Source of the DNA: a virus
Strand: one strand, 5' to 3'
Length of the DNA stretch: 64,000 nucleotides
Virus record (IMG/VR): IMGVR_UViG_3300025132_000026
Location: 1-64,000 of that record
Under the pieces are notes generated by a model. That model saw only the letters and a program-made list of their open reading frames with translations, searched no databases and was not told the origin of the DNA. Below, piece after piece: positions 18,077 through 27,417 of this stretch (its first letter is position 1; each line of letters starts with the position of its first letter). A program made the translations under genes and the position numbers.

Positions 18077-18480
18077 TCCTCCGTTTGGCCAACCCAGTCT
18101 TTATATTGTTCGTCGCCGCCGCGGGCTTTCCAGTCTGAGTCTATTGTTAATTTTGAACTGATGCCGCCTCGCGCATTACAAACCATTACGAGTCTTAATC
18201 TTTCTGGTTCGTAAACTTCCATCATATCATCGAACACAACATTAATTAGTCTTTCATAAGAATAAATTTTGCTGCGAAATTGATAAAAATATTCCTTCAT
18301 AGATTTTAACTCAATCACCCTATTCTTGGGATAAAAGGTGATATAAAGAAGTGCAAAATCTGGCTGGCCTCGTACGCCTTCAAAAGTAATTTCTGGCGCT
18401 TTTAGCTTTATTTCATATGCTCCTGAAGACGGGTTTGGTATAGATTTTAGTATTGTCTTGTCTGACCATTTTCTTGACAT
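18070..18480 (-). CDS. queF: QueF-like T-fold protein lacking the catalytic Cys
   Basis: PEIT....GQPDFA, IELKSMKEY, ARGGI motifs. Confidence 0.75.
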   Translation of the reverse strand: MSRKWSDKTILKSIPNPSSGAYEIKLKAPEITFEGVRGQPDFALLYITFYPKNRVIELKSMKEYFYQFRSKIYSYERLINVVFDDMMEVYEPERLRLVMVCNARGGISSKLTIDSDWKARGGDEQYKDWVGQTEEW

Positions 18481-18482
18481 GT

Positions 18483-21400
18483 TTATCCTAGTTGTCTGAA
18501 AGTTTTTCCTATTGCATAGGTGCTAAAGCCCCAGTTTGGATCGTACTTGAGGTTTGCCATATAAGGCCGGTTTAGGTGAATACGATCTTTTTCTGGCTTG
18601 ACACCCCAGCATCGAATCTTGGTAAGCTCATTGTTCGAATCAATAACCTCGACAATCCAATAGAGTTTCCCATTCTTGGTTTTTTTGGGGATGATCTTTC
18701 GAGGAATAAACCAGCACAACTGTAGTTCTGGTTCGAACTCAGAAATTGGTGGTACAAACTTTTCTTGTAGTTTTTCGATTGTTTCTGGGCTAATCACCAA
18801 GTTCATCGGAAACATTCCTGTCAAATCTGATTTAAATTGAATAATCTCTTCTTCTGTGAAGTCACCCTCTGGGCGGTACAATTCTAGGTTTTCCCCGAAC
18901 TTCTTAAGGCTCTTCGGCCTTTCGACGATACAGGCCGACCAAAAATGCTTTCGTCCAGTAAATCGATCATCAACAATGTTGTCTAAAGCTCCCCCTCTAC
19001 AGAGGGCGTCGAGAGCTTTCTTGTTGAGTTTACTATAAGACACCCCCTCCCGGAACAGGAGGTCTTCGGCATTTATAAAAGGCCTGTTCTCAAGTAATTG
19101 CTCGATAGCAGCCATTCCTAAGCCCTTGATGGAGGTAAGCGGCTGGATGAGAGTCTTGCCGTCGTCACTAATCTCCCACACAACTCCAGATTTATTCACA
19201 TCTAGTGGCTCAATATCGAAACCAAATTTCTTTGCGATGTTAATAGCCTTCTCTTTTCGACTCTCTGGTTCCTTATCTAGAAACGCAGCCATCCACTCTG
19301 CTGGGTAGTAGTTCCATAGCCAGGCGCACTGGAACGAAATGATCGAGTAGCTTACAGCGTGAGACTTGTTGAAGCCATATCCCGAGAAGTATTCAAACTT
19401 GTCCCAGAGTGCCTGTGCTTCGTCTCTATTGATGCCGTTCTCGCCACAGCCTGTGATAAACTTATCATGTAGTTCACCCTTAACTGAGCCCTTGCCAGTG
19501 CCCTTCTTGGTAAGCACCTTACGAAGCATGTTGCCTTCGTCAAGGGTTAGACCACCGAGCTTGTGGGCCAACAATGCAATCTGTTCTTGAAAGATTAGAA
19601 AGCCAAATGTTTCTTGTGTAATATCATGCGCATCATCGTTCAAATACTTGATGTAGTGTGGGTTCTCCTTGGCCTCCACATACTCATCGTGGACGTTTGC
19701 AGCGAGCGGGCCCGGGCGATAGATAGAGGTAATAGCAGACACATCAATAATATTCGTTGGCTTTGCTCTCACACAGAATTGCTGTGCTCCCTGCTCTGTA
19801 AACTGGAAGACCCCAGCCCACTTGCCCGTGTGAAAGACGCTTTCGTACACCTCCTGATCGTTTAGATCTATAACATCTGGGTGCAGGTTCTTCTCGTAGT
19901 ATTCTCGGATCTGTGCGAACGTAGGTTCTTCGACACCGTGATGGCGCTTCAGAATATGGTAGATCGCGCCCTCCATCATCTTGAGTGTGGAGAGCCCAAG
20001 CAAATCGAACTTGATGAACCCCATTGGTTCAAGGTGCCGGACGTTCTGGCCTTCGGCCCACGGAGCCTGACGGACGCCGCCTGAATTAATCAAGGGCATA
20101 CTCTTGTCTAGATTCTCTGCGATAACCACACCGCCGGCGTGTCGCGAACAAGAGCGAACCTGACCAACAAGCCCCTCGACGTGAGTTTTCACTGTTGGGT
20201 ATTTATTGAGGTAGGCGGCCAACGTTGGAGAAAACTCCATAACCTCTTCCCAGGTCGGGGCGTAAACGCCGGCCTTGATGCCGTGCTTACGCTTTGCCTC
20301 GGGCGTTGCCTCTCGAATCATGATAGAAGTGACCGTGTTTACTTCCGTGAAGGGAATATCGTATAGTTTAGAGATATCTTTGATTAGACTTTTAAGCTGT
20401 AGTGTGTTCCAATTAGAAATTGGAGCAACACAGTCCTCACCCCACATCTCGACAAGCTTTTCCTTTAGCGCCATTGAGTCAGACACATCATAATCGATAT
20501 CAGGGTAGTCTTTTGCATCTGAACGCAAGAAGCGAGAGAACAGAAGTCCGTGCTTGATTGGGTCGACCTGGGTAATGTTTAACGCATATGCAACCAAAGA
20601 GCCAGCAGCGGATCCGCGGCCGGGGCCCGTCAACATCATACCCGTTGCCACATCGACGATAGATTTCATTGTCAGAAAGTATTTCGAGAAGCCGCGATCA
20701 TCGATGACATTTAATTCCTCCTGCAGGCGCTGGGTATATACCTTGTTGGTATGCAAGCCCTTGTCCTTGAGTCCTTCAAGTGCGAAGTTCACTAGCGCCT
20801 GTGTGGCCGTAAAACCGGCCGGTACGACGAATTCGGGGAGGCGTACTGTATTGTCGGGCAGGAAAGACTCGATGCGCTCGAAAGCGATCCTGTGAGACTC
20901 CTCAATACTTTTCAAGACTACATCATCATCATACTCAAACCCCGTGGATTGCGAGTACTCCTTGTAGCTTTCCCAGATCTGGTCACCATTTTTTGGATAC
21001 AGCTCATATCCAATTTCTTCAACTCCTTCCGGCAGTTGAGATTCCTCCTCGGCCCAGGAGGGTCGACCCTTACCAAGCCAACCAAGGCGCTTGTAAAGTT
21101 CACGGTCCTTCCAAGCGTCAGGGTTGGGGTAATGGCTGTCGGCTGTCGTGACCAGTCCAACGCCAAACTCTTTAGCAACTTGAATTACGTATTGGTTAAG
21201 TTCATGCTGCTCTTTAATGTTGTTCCATTGTATTTCGGCATACCAGCGATCACCGAAAATGTCGACCATACGACGTGTGGATTCGCGCATCGCATCCAGT
21301 ACTGCTTCATCCCCATCTTCTCGGTTCTCCCAATAGTTTCCGGCGTACACCCCACCAAGACAAGCAGAAGAAGCAATGATGCCTTCGTTGTACTTCTTAA

Positions 21401-21914
21401 GTAGTGCATAGTCGATACGTGGATAGCGATAGAAATTCTCCGGCTGATATGACTCTGATACCAACTTAAATAGGTTGTTCAGCCCAGTTTGGTTCTGAGC
21501 CAGTAAAACAAGGTGGCGCCGGCGCTTGAGGATACTCTGGACCTTCTTACTGTCTCCCTCATCCTCAACGGTGGCGCCAGATTGGGCATCCTTCTTGATG
21601 GCCCGGGCCTTTTTCTTGTCTTCCATCGCCTGATTGTAGGCCTCTCGCCATTCTGCGATTGAAGGAGTGAAGTACGCCTCACATCCAAAGATGGGCTTAA
21701 AATCCTTACCGGCCTCTTGCATCTTCTTAGCGTGCAGCACTTGGTATGCTAGGCCGTTCATATTGCCATGATCTGTTAGTGCTAGCGCATCACACCCATT
21801 CTCATATGCAAAATCCATATGATCTTGGGGATACCCAATCGCATCAAAAATAGAACCTGCTACGCTATGTGCGTGCAAGCCAACAAACTTAATATCAGAC
21901 TCTTTTCGAATCAC
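18483..21914 (-). CDS. dnaE: DNA polymerase III alpha subunit
   Basis: PHP motifs (HAHS, TDHG, DSHY), GRGSAAGSL, PDIDYD, KFDLLGL, YGFNKSHA. Confidence 0.97.
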   Translation of the reverse strand: MIRKESDIKFVGLHAHSVAGSIFDAIGYPQDHMDFAYENGCDALALTDHGNMNGLAYQVLHAKKMQEAGKDFKPIFGCEAYFTPSIAEWREAYNQAMEDKKKARAIKKDAQSGATVEDEGDSKKVQSILKRRRHLVLLAQNQTGLNNLFKLVSESYQPENFYRYPRIDYALLKKYNEGIIASSACLGGVYAGNYWENREDGDEAVLDAMRESTRRMVDIFGDRWYAEIQWNNIKEQHELNQYVIQVAKEFGVGLVTTADSHYPNPDAWKDRELYKRLGWLGKGRPSWAEEESQLPEGVEEIGYELYPKNGDQIWESYKEYSQSTGFEYDDDVVLKSIEESHRIAFERIESFLPDNTVRLPEFVVPAGFTATQALVNFALEGLKDKGLHTNKVYTQRLQEELNVIDDRGFSKYFLTMKSIVDVATGMMLTGPGRGSAAGSLVAYALNITQVDPIKHGLLFSRFLRSDAKDYPDIDYDVSDSMALKEKLVEMWGEDCVAPISNWNTLQLKSLIKDISKLYDIPFTEVNTVTSIMIREATPEAKRKHGIKAGVYAPTWEEVMEFSPTLAAYLNKYPTVKTHVEGLVGQVRSCSRHAGGVVIAENLDKSMPLINSGGVRQAPWAEGQNVRHLEPMGFIKFDLLGLSTLKMMEGAIYHILKRHHGVEEPTFAQIREYYEKNLHPDVIDLNDQEVYESVFHTGKWAGVFQFTEQGAQQFCVRAKPTNIIDVSAITSIYRPGPLAANVHDEYVEAKENPHYIKYLNDDAHDITQETFGFLIFQEQIALLAHKLGGLTLDEGNMLRKVLTKKGTGKGSVKGELHDKFITGCGENGINRDEAQALWDKFEYFSGYGFNKSHAVSYSIISFQCAWLWNYYPAEWMAAFLDKEPESRKEKAINIAKKFGFDIEPLDVNKSGVVWEISDDGKTLIQPLTSIKGLGMAAIEQLLENRPFINAEDLLFREGVSYSKLNKKALDALCRGGALDNIVDDRFTGRKHFWSACIVERPKSLKKFGENLELYRPEGDFTEEEIIQFKSDLTGMFPMNLVISPETIEKLQEKFVPPISEFEPELQLCWFIPRKIIPKKTKNGKLYWIVEVIDSNNELTKIRCWGVKPEKDRIHLNRPYMANLKYDPNWGFSTYAIGKTFRQLG

Positions 21915-22792
21915 TCTGCCTCCTTAATATAAGGTAATTTAACATGTGTGCGTGGCTTTGTCAATTCATTTTTAGGAAGTTTTATAGTATTATCTGAGCC
22001 AAGATAATTCCTATATCCACTCCAATTAGAAATATCGTAATACCAGGGCAAAGATACTTTTTCAGAATTTTCTTCATTTACCTCTCCAAAAACTTCTTGT
22101 AAACTGAATTTTTTAGCGGACCACCGCTCGTGGAGGGGCAGTTTCTCTGACGGGTATTGCTGGCCGGGTGAAGGGGGTAAATACTCCCTTGTTGTCTTTT
22201 CGTTTATCGCTCTTCGACATAATTTAAAATCTTCTCCAAACATTGTGAATGATATTGGAATCCCATCTTTTACAGTTTTGCCGTCATGCATCAGAAAAAA
22301 ATTGGATTCTTTATTGGATATTGCACGCCGGTGTTCTCTTACGCTGTGTATATCATATGCACTGAGTGGGAATGAAATAAAATATTTCTGGGGTACTACC
22401 CACTGTGATATGTTATATGCAGTGCGCCAAGCGGAATGCATCCCATATAACGCCCCCCAGCCATAAGAATCGCGGCGATTGCGGTCTTTAGGATGAATAG
22501 GGACATAGTAAATAGGTATCTCTCTCCTAGATTCTGAACTAAATTTAGATAATTTATTATAATATGCAGGATCGTAGACCCATTCACCCACATTTTTTCT
22601 AACTATTGGCGCCAAATCATCGTTTGCAACAATCCAAATGGTATTGCAACCCGCTAATGCGCATTCAAAAACAGACTTTTGAATCGCGGTAAAACCTTTC
22701 TCAACCGGTATTAGTATTTCCGGCACCAGCCAGTCGAAGTCTGACTCTAAGTTTGCTACCGGTATAATTCCGGCCAAATGATATTTGCTCAT
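21911..22792 (-). CDS. Divergent nucleotidyltransferase-like (GT-A fold) protein
   Basis: LAGIIPVAN...PEILIPV...CALAGCNTIWIV, C-terminal YYDISNW. Confidence 0.55.
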   Translation of the reverse strand: MSKYHLAGIIPVANLESDFDWLVPEILIPVEKGFTAIQKSVFECALAGCNTIWIVANDDLAPIVRKNVGEWVYDPAYYNKLSKFSSESRREIPIYYVPIHPKDRNRRDSYGWGALYGMHSAWRTAYNISQWVVPQKYFISFPLSAYDIHSVREHRRAISNKESNFFLMHDGKTVKDGIPISFTMFGEDFKLCRRAINEKTTREYLPPSPGQQYPSEKLPLHERWSAKKFSLQEVFGEVNEENSEKVSLPWYYDISNWSGYRNYLGSDNTIKLPKNELTKPRTHVKLPYIKEAE

Positions 22793-23673
22793 AAATACCT
22801 TAAAAATCTATCGTAGGCCACACAAGCCTGTGGTAAATCTTTGAGCAGGTCATTCTGGCTATATTGCGCAACCTTAACATTGCCGGCTTGGGGTTCCTCT
22901 GTAACTCTTCGCTTATGAGTTTTGCGTCCGATGCAAGTCGTTCTAAATTTGTAATGTTTTGGTTTTCCGGCTTTTGTGTAATCATGTGCAAAGGCTCCTT
23001 TCATTCCTCTATGTTCCATTTCGTGTACCACCTTAAAGCGGGACATTGTTTCAGAATAATCAAAATCTAGTAACTGTGACTCCGTTAGTTCTGATACAGC
23101 ACAAGCATCTCTAACAGGAGTATTTCCATCAATACGATCGGAACTGTAAAACCATATCTCGCTGACAAAATCATCACCTGTGTGGATGTAGTCGATATCA
23201 TGTTTTCCTCCCTTATTGAATCCTATATAATCATAACACAGGTATACGTTCTCGTCAAGAGATTTTTCTTCCACAAATCCAGTAGAAAACGAATCTCCAA
23301 AATAATGACATTCTTCAAATTTAAGTTCCATTATCTTTGAGTACTCGTTTGAGCAAACAACCCTATCACCATCATATCGTATATTGTGACAAAGATTGGA
23401 AAGCGGAACGTTACCATCTAAAGACAGCAAAAAAAGCAACCGCTCCCAAAGTAATTCTTTAGGTATGCCGACCTCTTTATCTCCCTCAAACGTCGTTAAA
23501 CTTTTCCGCATGGCTGGAATCTTTAAATTTGCCATGGTGTGCGCATGGGGCAAATAATCGAATCTAAACGGACGTTGGGGATTGGTGAATAGAATCGGGC
23601 AGCAGTTGTTGAATGCGAATAAAGCCGCCTCCAAAGAGCTGCCTACTACTATCTTATCGTACTCGAATATCAC
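22789..23673 (-). CDS. Hypothetical protein with degenerate FAD/NAD Rossmann start
   Basis: YDKIVVGSSLEAALFA. Confidence 0.5.
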   Translation of the reverse strand: MIFEYDKIVVGSSLEAALFAFNNCCPILFTNPQRPFRFDYLPHAHTMANLKIPAMRKSLTTFEGDKEVGIPKELLWERLLFLLSLDGNVPLSNLCHNIRYDGDRVVCSNEYSKIMELKFEECHYFGDSFSTGFVEEKSLDENVYLCYDYIGFNKGGKHDIDYIHTGDDFVSEIWFYSSDRIDGNTPVRDACAVSELTESQLLDFDYSETMSRFKVVHEMEHRGMKGAFAHDYTKAGKPKHYKFRTTCIGRKTHKRRVTEEPQAGNVKVAQYSQNDLLKDLPQACVAYDRFLRYL

Positions 23674-23706
23674 TTTGTTTTATTATAAACCAATAAATAG
23701 AATATG

Positions 23707-24243
23707 TTAATCGTTACGTAGGCCAGTATGATCGTAGCCTCCGCCTTGCCAATTTGGATACATTATGTGAAATTTTTTGTTGTAATGAGACCAGCCGAGT
23801 GCGTGACCAAATTCGTGTTCCAACACTCTTTCTTTCCTTCCATTTTTGGGTAGTATAAATATCTTAGCCATTACAATTTTACCAGTTCGATTACTTGTGT
23901 ATAATCTTGTCGAGGCCATATGGTGTGGTGCAAAACCGCCCTCTGGAAGAGTTATTATTATCTCCCCATATCTGGGATTCATACAGTCTATAACAAAATC
24001 TTTGTACACATAATTAAATTCGTACCCCAGGCGTTGCCAATATCTAACCGCAGCATCAACGCGCGACATCATTAACTTGGTGCTCGCACAGACTCTTACT
24101 TTTGGCTTTGTTTCCCACTCGGCTTTTCTCTTCGGCTTGCCTATTGCAAACGCTTCAACAGGTTTTTGTTCAGAAACAAAAATTATATTTTGTAATTCTG
24201 TACCTGTAACGCAACTTAGCAAAAATAGTAAAAGTAGCCCCAC
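23707..24243 (-). CDS. Matrixin-type zinc metalloprotease, possible lipoprotein
   Basis: HEFGHALGWSH, Met-turn IMYP, lipobox-like LLSC. Confidence 0.85.
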   Translation of the reverse strand: MGLLLLFLLSCVTGTELQNIIFVSEQKPVEAFAIGKPKRKAEWETKPKVRVCASTKLMMSRVDAAVRYWQRLGYEFNYVYKDFVIDCMNPRYGEIIITLPEGGFAPHHMASTRLYTSNRTGKIVMAKIFILPKNGRKERVLEHEFGHALGWSHYNKKFHIMYPNWQGGGYDHTGLRND

Positions 24244-24266
24244 ATATTATATAGTAGGCTAAACTA

Positions 24267-25442
24267 TTACAGCGGTAGATAGCGATCTACAGCGAGTGCT
24301 TCAACCTTTTTGTTGCCGGACTTCTTAATTCCGTTTGCTCCTTGCGCGAAGGTAATTCCGTTATTAGAGCTAGCGAAAATATCGCCACCACTGCTACCAC
24401 CTGATGTTTCACCATCGGAGCCGATCCACCAATTACCTTCACCATCAGTAGCTATGCAATTAGCGCTGCCATTAGTGCGAACTGAGTTATAAGAATCTAA
24501 AACAGTAAATGTTTTACCATTGACATCGGCAGCTAGGCTGTTGTGTGTGTCGATAAAAACAACCCTGCCATTGCCTGCGGCACACCGGTTTGTCTTGGAT
24601 GAGTGCAATGAATCACTACCGTATATTAAATGTGTGGCGGTACCCCAGTCAGTTGTGTCACTAGATGCAGCTGTAATAACACGCGCCTGATTAGTGCCGC
24701 TACCGTCATTATAATGATATAAACAAATAACGGAATTATTTGTAAAAACAAGATCTTTAATGCCGTTGCCAGAGGCCCCCATATCAAGTGTATGTTCTAA
24801 CGACCACGACGCCGCATTATCTGTAGATTTATATATTTTGGTTCCGACACCAAACCACCAAGTTCCAGAACCGTCGCTAGTAAGTGCTTTAATGTTAGTT
24901 GCGCCGGCGGTGTCGATGCCTGTTAGGCCTGAAATATTAACTGAACTCCAAGTACTACCATCGGTTGAGCGCCATATTTTGAAGGTACCCGTCAGCTGCC
25001 CAGCTACTACCCAAACATTGTTGCCCCACAACACCGTGTACATAATAGGGCCCTGACCTGTATCACACAAAGTCCATGTGCCGGCTGAATCGATAAAATT
25101 AGTACTTGTAGAGAATATTATATTTTGCGTGTCCGTCGCCCTTACTCCCACATAAAATGGGTTTCCGCTATCGTCCTTTCCGTATGCTATATCTCTAAAA
25201 TCCCAATCGCTTTCGCCTCTTGATGCATAGGCATTATTTTCCCAAGTGAGGGTCGTGGGTATATTAGCTGTTGGGGCGTAAGAAACAAACTTGTCATCGA
25301 ATCCGGCCACAAGTCTACTCATTGCTGGGTTGGAATCGCATGCGTCCAGGCCATCGACGTTGTTGATAGAAGATTTGGAAACGCCATTTACAGACGTCAC
25401 GTTATCGCAACTAATGCCATTAAGCGACGTAAAGTTTGCCAT
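24267..25442 (-). CDS. Beta-propeller (BNR/Asp-box) virion or receptor-binding protein
   Basis: Repeated S.DG.TW / STDN..SW boxes. Confidence 0.65.
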   Translation of the reverse strand: MANFTSLNGISCDNVTSVNGVSKSSINNVDGLDACDSNPAMSRLVAGFDDKFVSYAPTANIPTTLTWENNAYASRGESDWDFRDIAYGKDDSGNPFYVGVRATDTQNIIFSTSTNFIDSAGTWTLCDTGQGPIMYTVLWGNNVWVVAGQLTGTFKIWRSTDGSTWSSVNISGLTGIDTAGATNIKALTSDGSGTWWFGVGTKIYKSTDNAASWSLEHTLDMGASGNGIKDLVFTNNSVICLYHYNDGSGTNQARVITAASSDTTDWGTATHLIYGSDSLHSSKTNRCAAGNGRVVFIDTHNSLAADVNGKTFTVLDSYNSVRTNGSANCIATDGEGNWWIGSDGETSGGSSGGDIFASSNNGITFAQGANGIKKSGNKKVEALAVDRYLPL

Positions 25443-25948
25443 TACTCAATTACCAAATAATCTGCGCTTGGGTTGAAGTAAATAATTTTTGATGTATCCG
25501 TACATACCCCAACAACCCTCAAAATTTCAGTGCTAGTTGAGGGTACCGTCGTGGTCAGTTGGCCATCGGCAGCCAAGTATACAGTTGTGCCAGAAGTAAA
25601 TGTTCCAGTAAGATATGAAGCAGCATCAAAAAATCCACGAACAAGCATTCCGCTAGATGACGGTGACGTTCCCAGCGCAATTGCAAGAATGCCTTTGCCT
25701 CCAATTCCTGCCGATGAGACGCCTGCTTCTGCCCAGTTGCCGCTACTATTTAAATAATATGTTTTACCAGCAGTTGTTGTCCCGCCGCCAAATGTGACAA
25801 TCTCTCCGTTTCCAGTGTTATCGCTGAAATCTGCTCTAAAGTATTCTAATTTTAAGTTTGAAAAAATTGATCCATTTAGATTAAGTCTTCTGGCTAAGGC
25901 TTCAAGTAGTGCTTGGAACCGCGGCAAGCCCATATTCTTCTCGCCCAT
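25442..25948 (-). CDS. Putative capsid decoration/fibre protein
   Basis: N-terminus shared with 54766-55251; late motif at 25979-25986. Confidence 0.55.
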   Translation of the reverse strand: MGEKNMGLPRFQALLEALARRLNLNGSIFSNLKLEYFRADFSDNTGNGEIVTFGGGTTTAGKTYYLNSSGNWAEAGVSSAGIGGKGILAIALGTSPSSSGMLVRGFFDAASYLTGTFTSGTTVYLAADGQLTTTVPSTSTEILRVVGVCTDTSKIIYFNPSADYLVIE

Positions 25949-25996
25949 TGCAAACTCCCCGTTTGTGTGTGTTTTATATAAATAGTGATCTCTAAA

Positions 25997-26899
25997 TCAA
26001 TCTTCCTCGACTTCTTCCAGTAAAGATTTTATATCCAAACCTGCACAATCAATCTTAGACTTGCTGACATGATAATGGCTGACAAATCCTGTAAAATTGC
26101 CGTAGGCTACGTCTTGAACATATTTTGTTGATGTTTTCCCAAACTGACTGGTGGGCGTTTCATAGGGGATGCCCGTTGAGTTGTGTATCGCCTTCCAAAG
26201 AGCCTTCAAGGCCTCTAATTGTTCTGGATAGAACCCCAGGAACGGTTCAAGTTTGTTACCGTGAACCCAGGAGTTCTCTATTAGTGGCCTCTCGCCAAAG
26301 CCGTTTTTCACATACCAAGCTTGATACTTGGGATAGTAGGCGTTAGTTATTTCAACCCCCACAGATGGACGATTGGATCTAGATGAGCCAGCATGAAAGG
26401 CTGCGTGTTGCATATCGAGTGTCTGATAGATCGTTCCGTCATTATCAATCAAGAAGTGAACAGATATACCCCTCTTATCCAAAACTTTTTGGCAAGACGT
26501 TGAGGTAAGACACACATCCCAATGATTTACGAAAAATCTAATCTTTCTTTTTGGGCGTGCTGAATAATCGTAGTAGTTTCCAGATTTGGCGATGTGGCCG
26601 CCTTTTTCCGACCAAAGAACAACCTTTTCCCACTCAATCGGATAAAACTCTCCATTATAAACAATATAATTTGAGTATTCACACTCGTTCGGTTTGAAAT
26701 TCGAGATCTCCGCTTCTCTTTCGGTCCACAGTCTCCTGAAGGTCATGGGCCCACAGAGTCCGTCGCCAGACAAGCCTCTAGCCTTCTGCCATTTTTTAAT
26801 CGCTCTTACAAGCTTATCATCAAAGTATTTCTCGCCAAACCAACTTGGTTCCCAGCCGAGTTTTTTGGCCGAGGCTTCGTTGTAAAAATGCTTGTCCAT
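25997..26899 (-). CDS. Endolysin: peptidoglycan-binding domain + amidase_2
   Basis: AIKKWQKARGL.GDGLCGPMT; NHWD, SVHFLID, AFHAG, GVE, VSHY, KIDC. Confidence 0.9.
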   Translation of the reverse strand: MDKHFYNEASAKKLGWEPSWFGEKYFDDKLVRAIKKWQKARGLSGDGLCGPMTFRRLWTEREAEISNFKPNECEYSNYIVYNGEFYPIEWEKVVLWSEKGGHIAKSGNYYDYSARPKRKIRFFVNHWDVCLTSTSCQKVLDKRGISVHFLIDNDGTIYQTLDMQHAAFHAGSSRSNRPSVGVEITNAYYPKYQAWYVKNGFGERPLIENSWVHGNKLEPFLGFYPEQLEALKALWKAIHNSTGIPYETPTSQFGKTSTKYVQDVAYGNFTGFVSHYHVSKSKIDCAGLDIKSLLEEVEED

Positions 26900-26916
26900 A
26901 CATGATGTGCTCCCTT

Positions 26917-27189
26917 TTATTCAACTATTCCTATAACATAGTTGTCTAGAATGACATTATAAATAGTTCCGCCAATGTTTATCTCCTCAATCATTGAACG
27001 ATCAACAACGACTTTTGAGCCCTTCTGAATATCGAACCTAACATCGGCTGCAGCGCGGATCGCAGAAACTAGCAAATGGCTCTCGTCTGGGGCCCTATAA
27101 TCTTCCGGCAGTATTATCGAAAGAGGCGAGGCCTCTTCATTTGGTCTGGGAATATCTATTAAAATATATCTATTTACTGGTTCAAACAT
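26917..27189 (-). CDS. groES: GroES-like co-chaperonin
   Basis: PVNRYILI, mobile loop SIILP, G.KV.V, C-terminal VIGIVE; 90 aa. Confidence 0.75.
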   Translation of the reverse strand: MFEPVNRYILIDIPRPNEEASPLSIILPEDYRAPDESHLLVSAIRAAADVRFDIQKGSKVVVDRSMIEEINIGGTIYNVILDNYVIGIVE

Positions 27190-27409
27190 TTTCTATCTCT
27201 CTTTGTATTAGTTTTTGTTGCGTGAAATACTCCTCACGACTTAAAAAAATATCTTCTCGTTTTCCGCATTTTTTGCAATACATTGTTACGTGTACGTTAT
27301 CTCCCTGTGTGGAGCGTACATTCCCGGCTGGAATGAAATAACACTCTACATTCGTGGACGCGCACCTTCTCTTTACAAGGTGGGACTCCATTAAGTGATT
27401 AAAATTCAA
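27182..27409 (-). CDS. Small Cys-containing (Zn-ribbon) protein
   Basis: C...C...CKKC. Confidence 0.65.
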   Translation of the reverse strand: MNFNHLMESHLVKRRCASTNVECYFIPAGNVRSTQGDNVHVTMYCKKCGKREDIFLSREEYFTQQKLIQREIENV

Positions 27410-27417
27410 TTTTCCTC

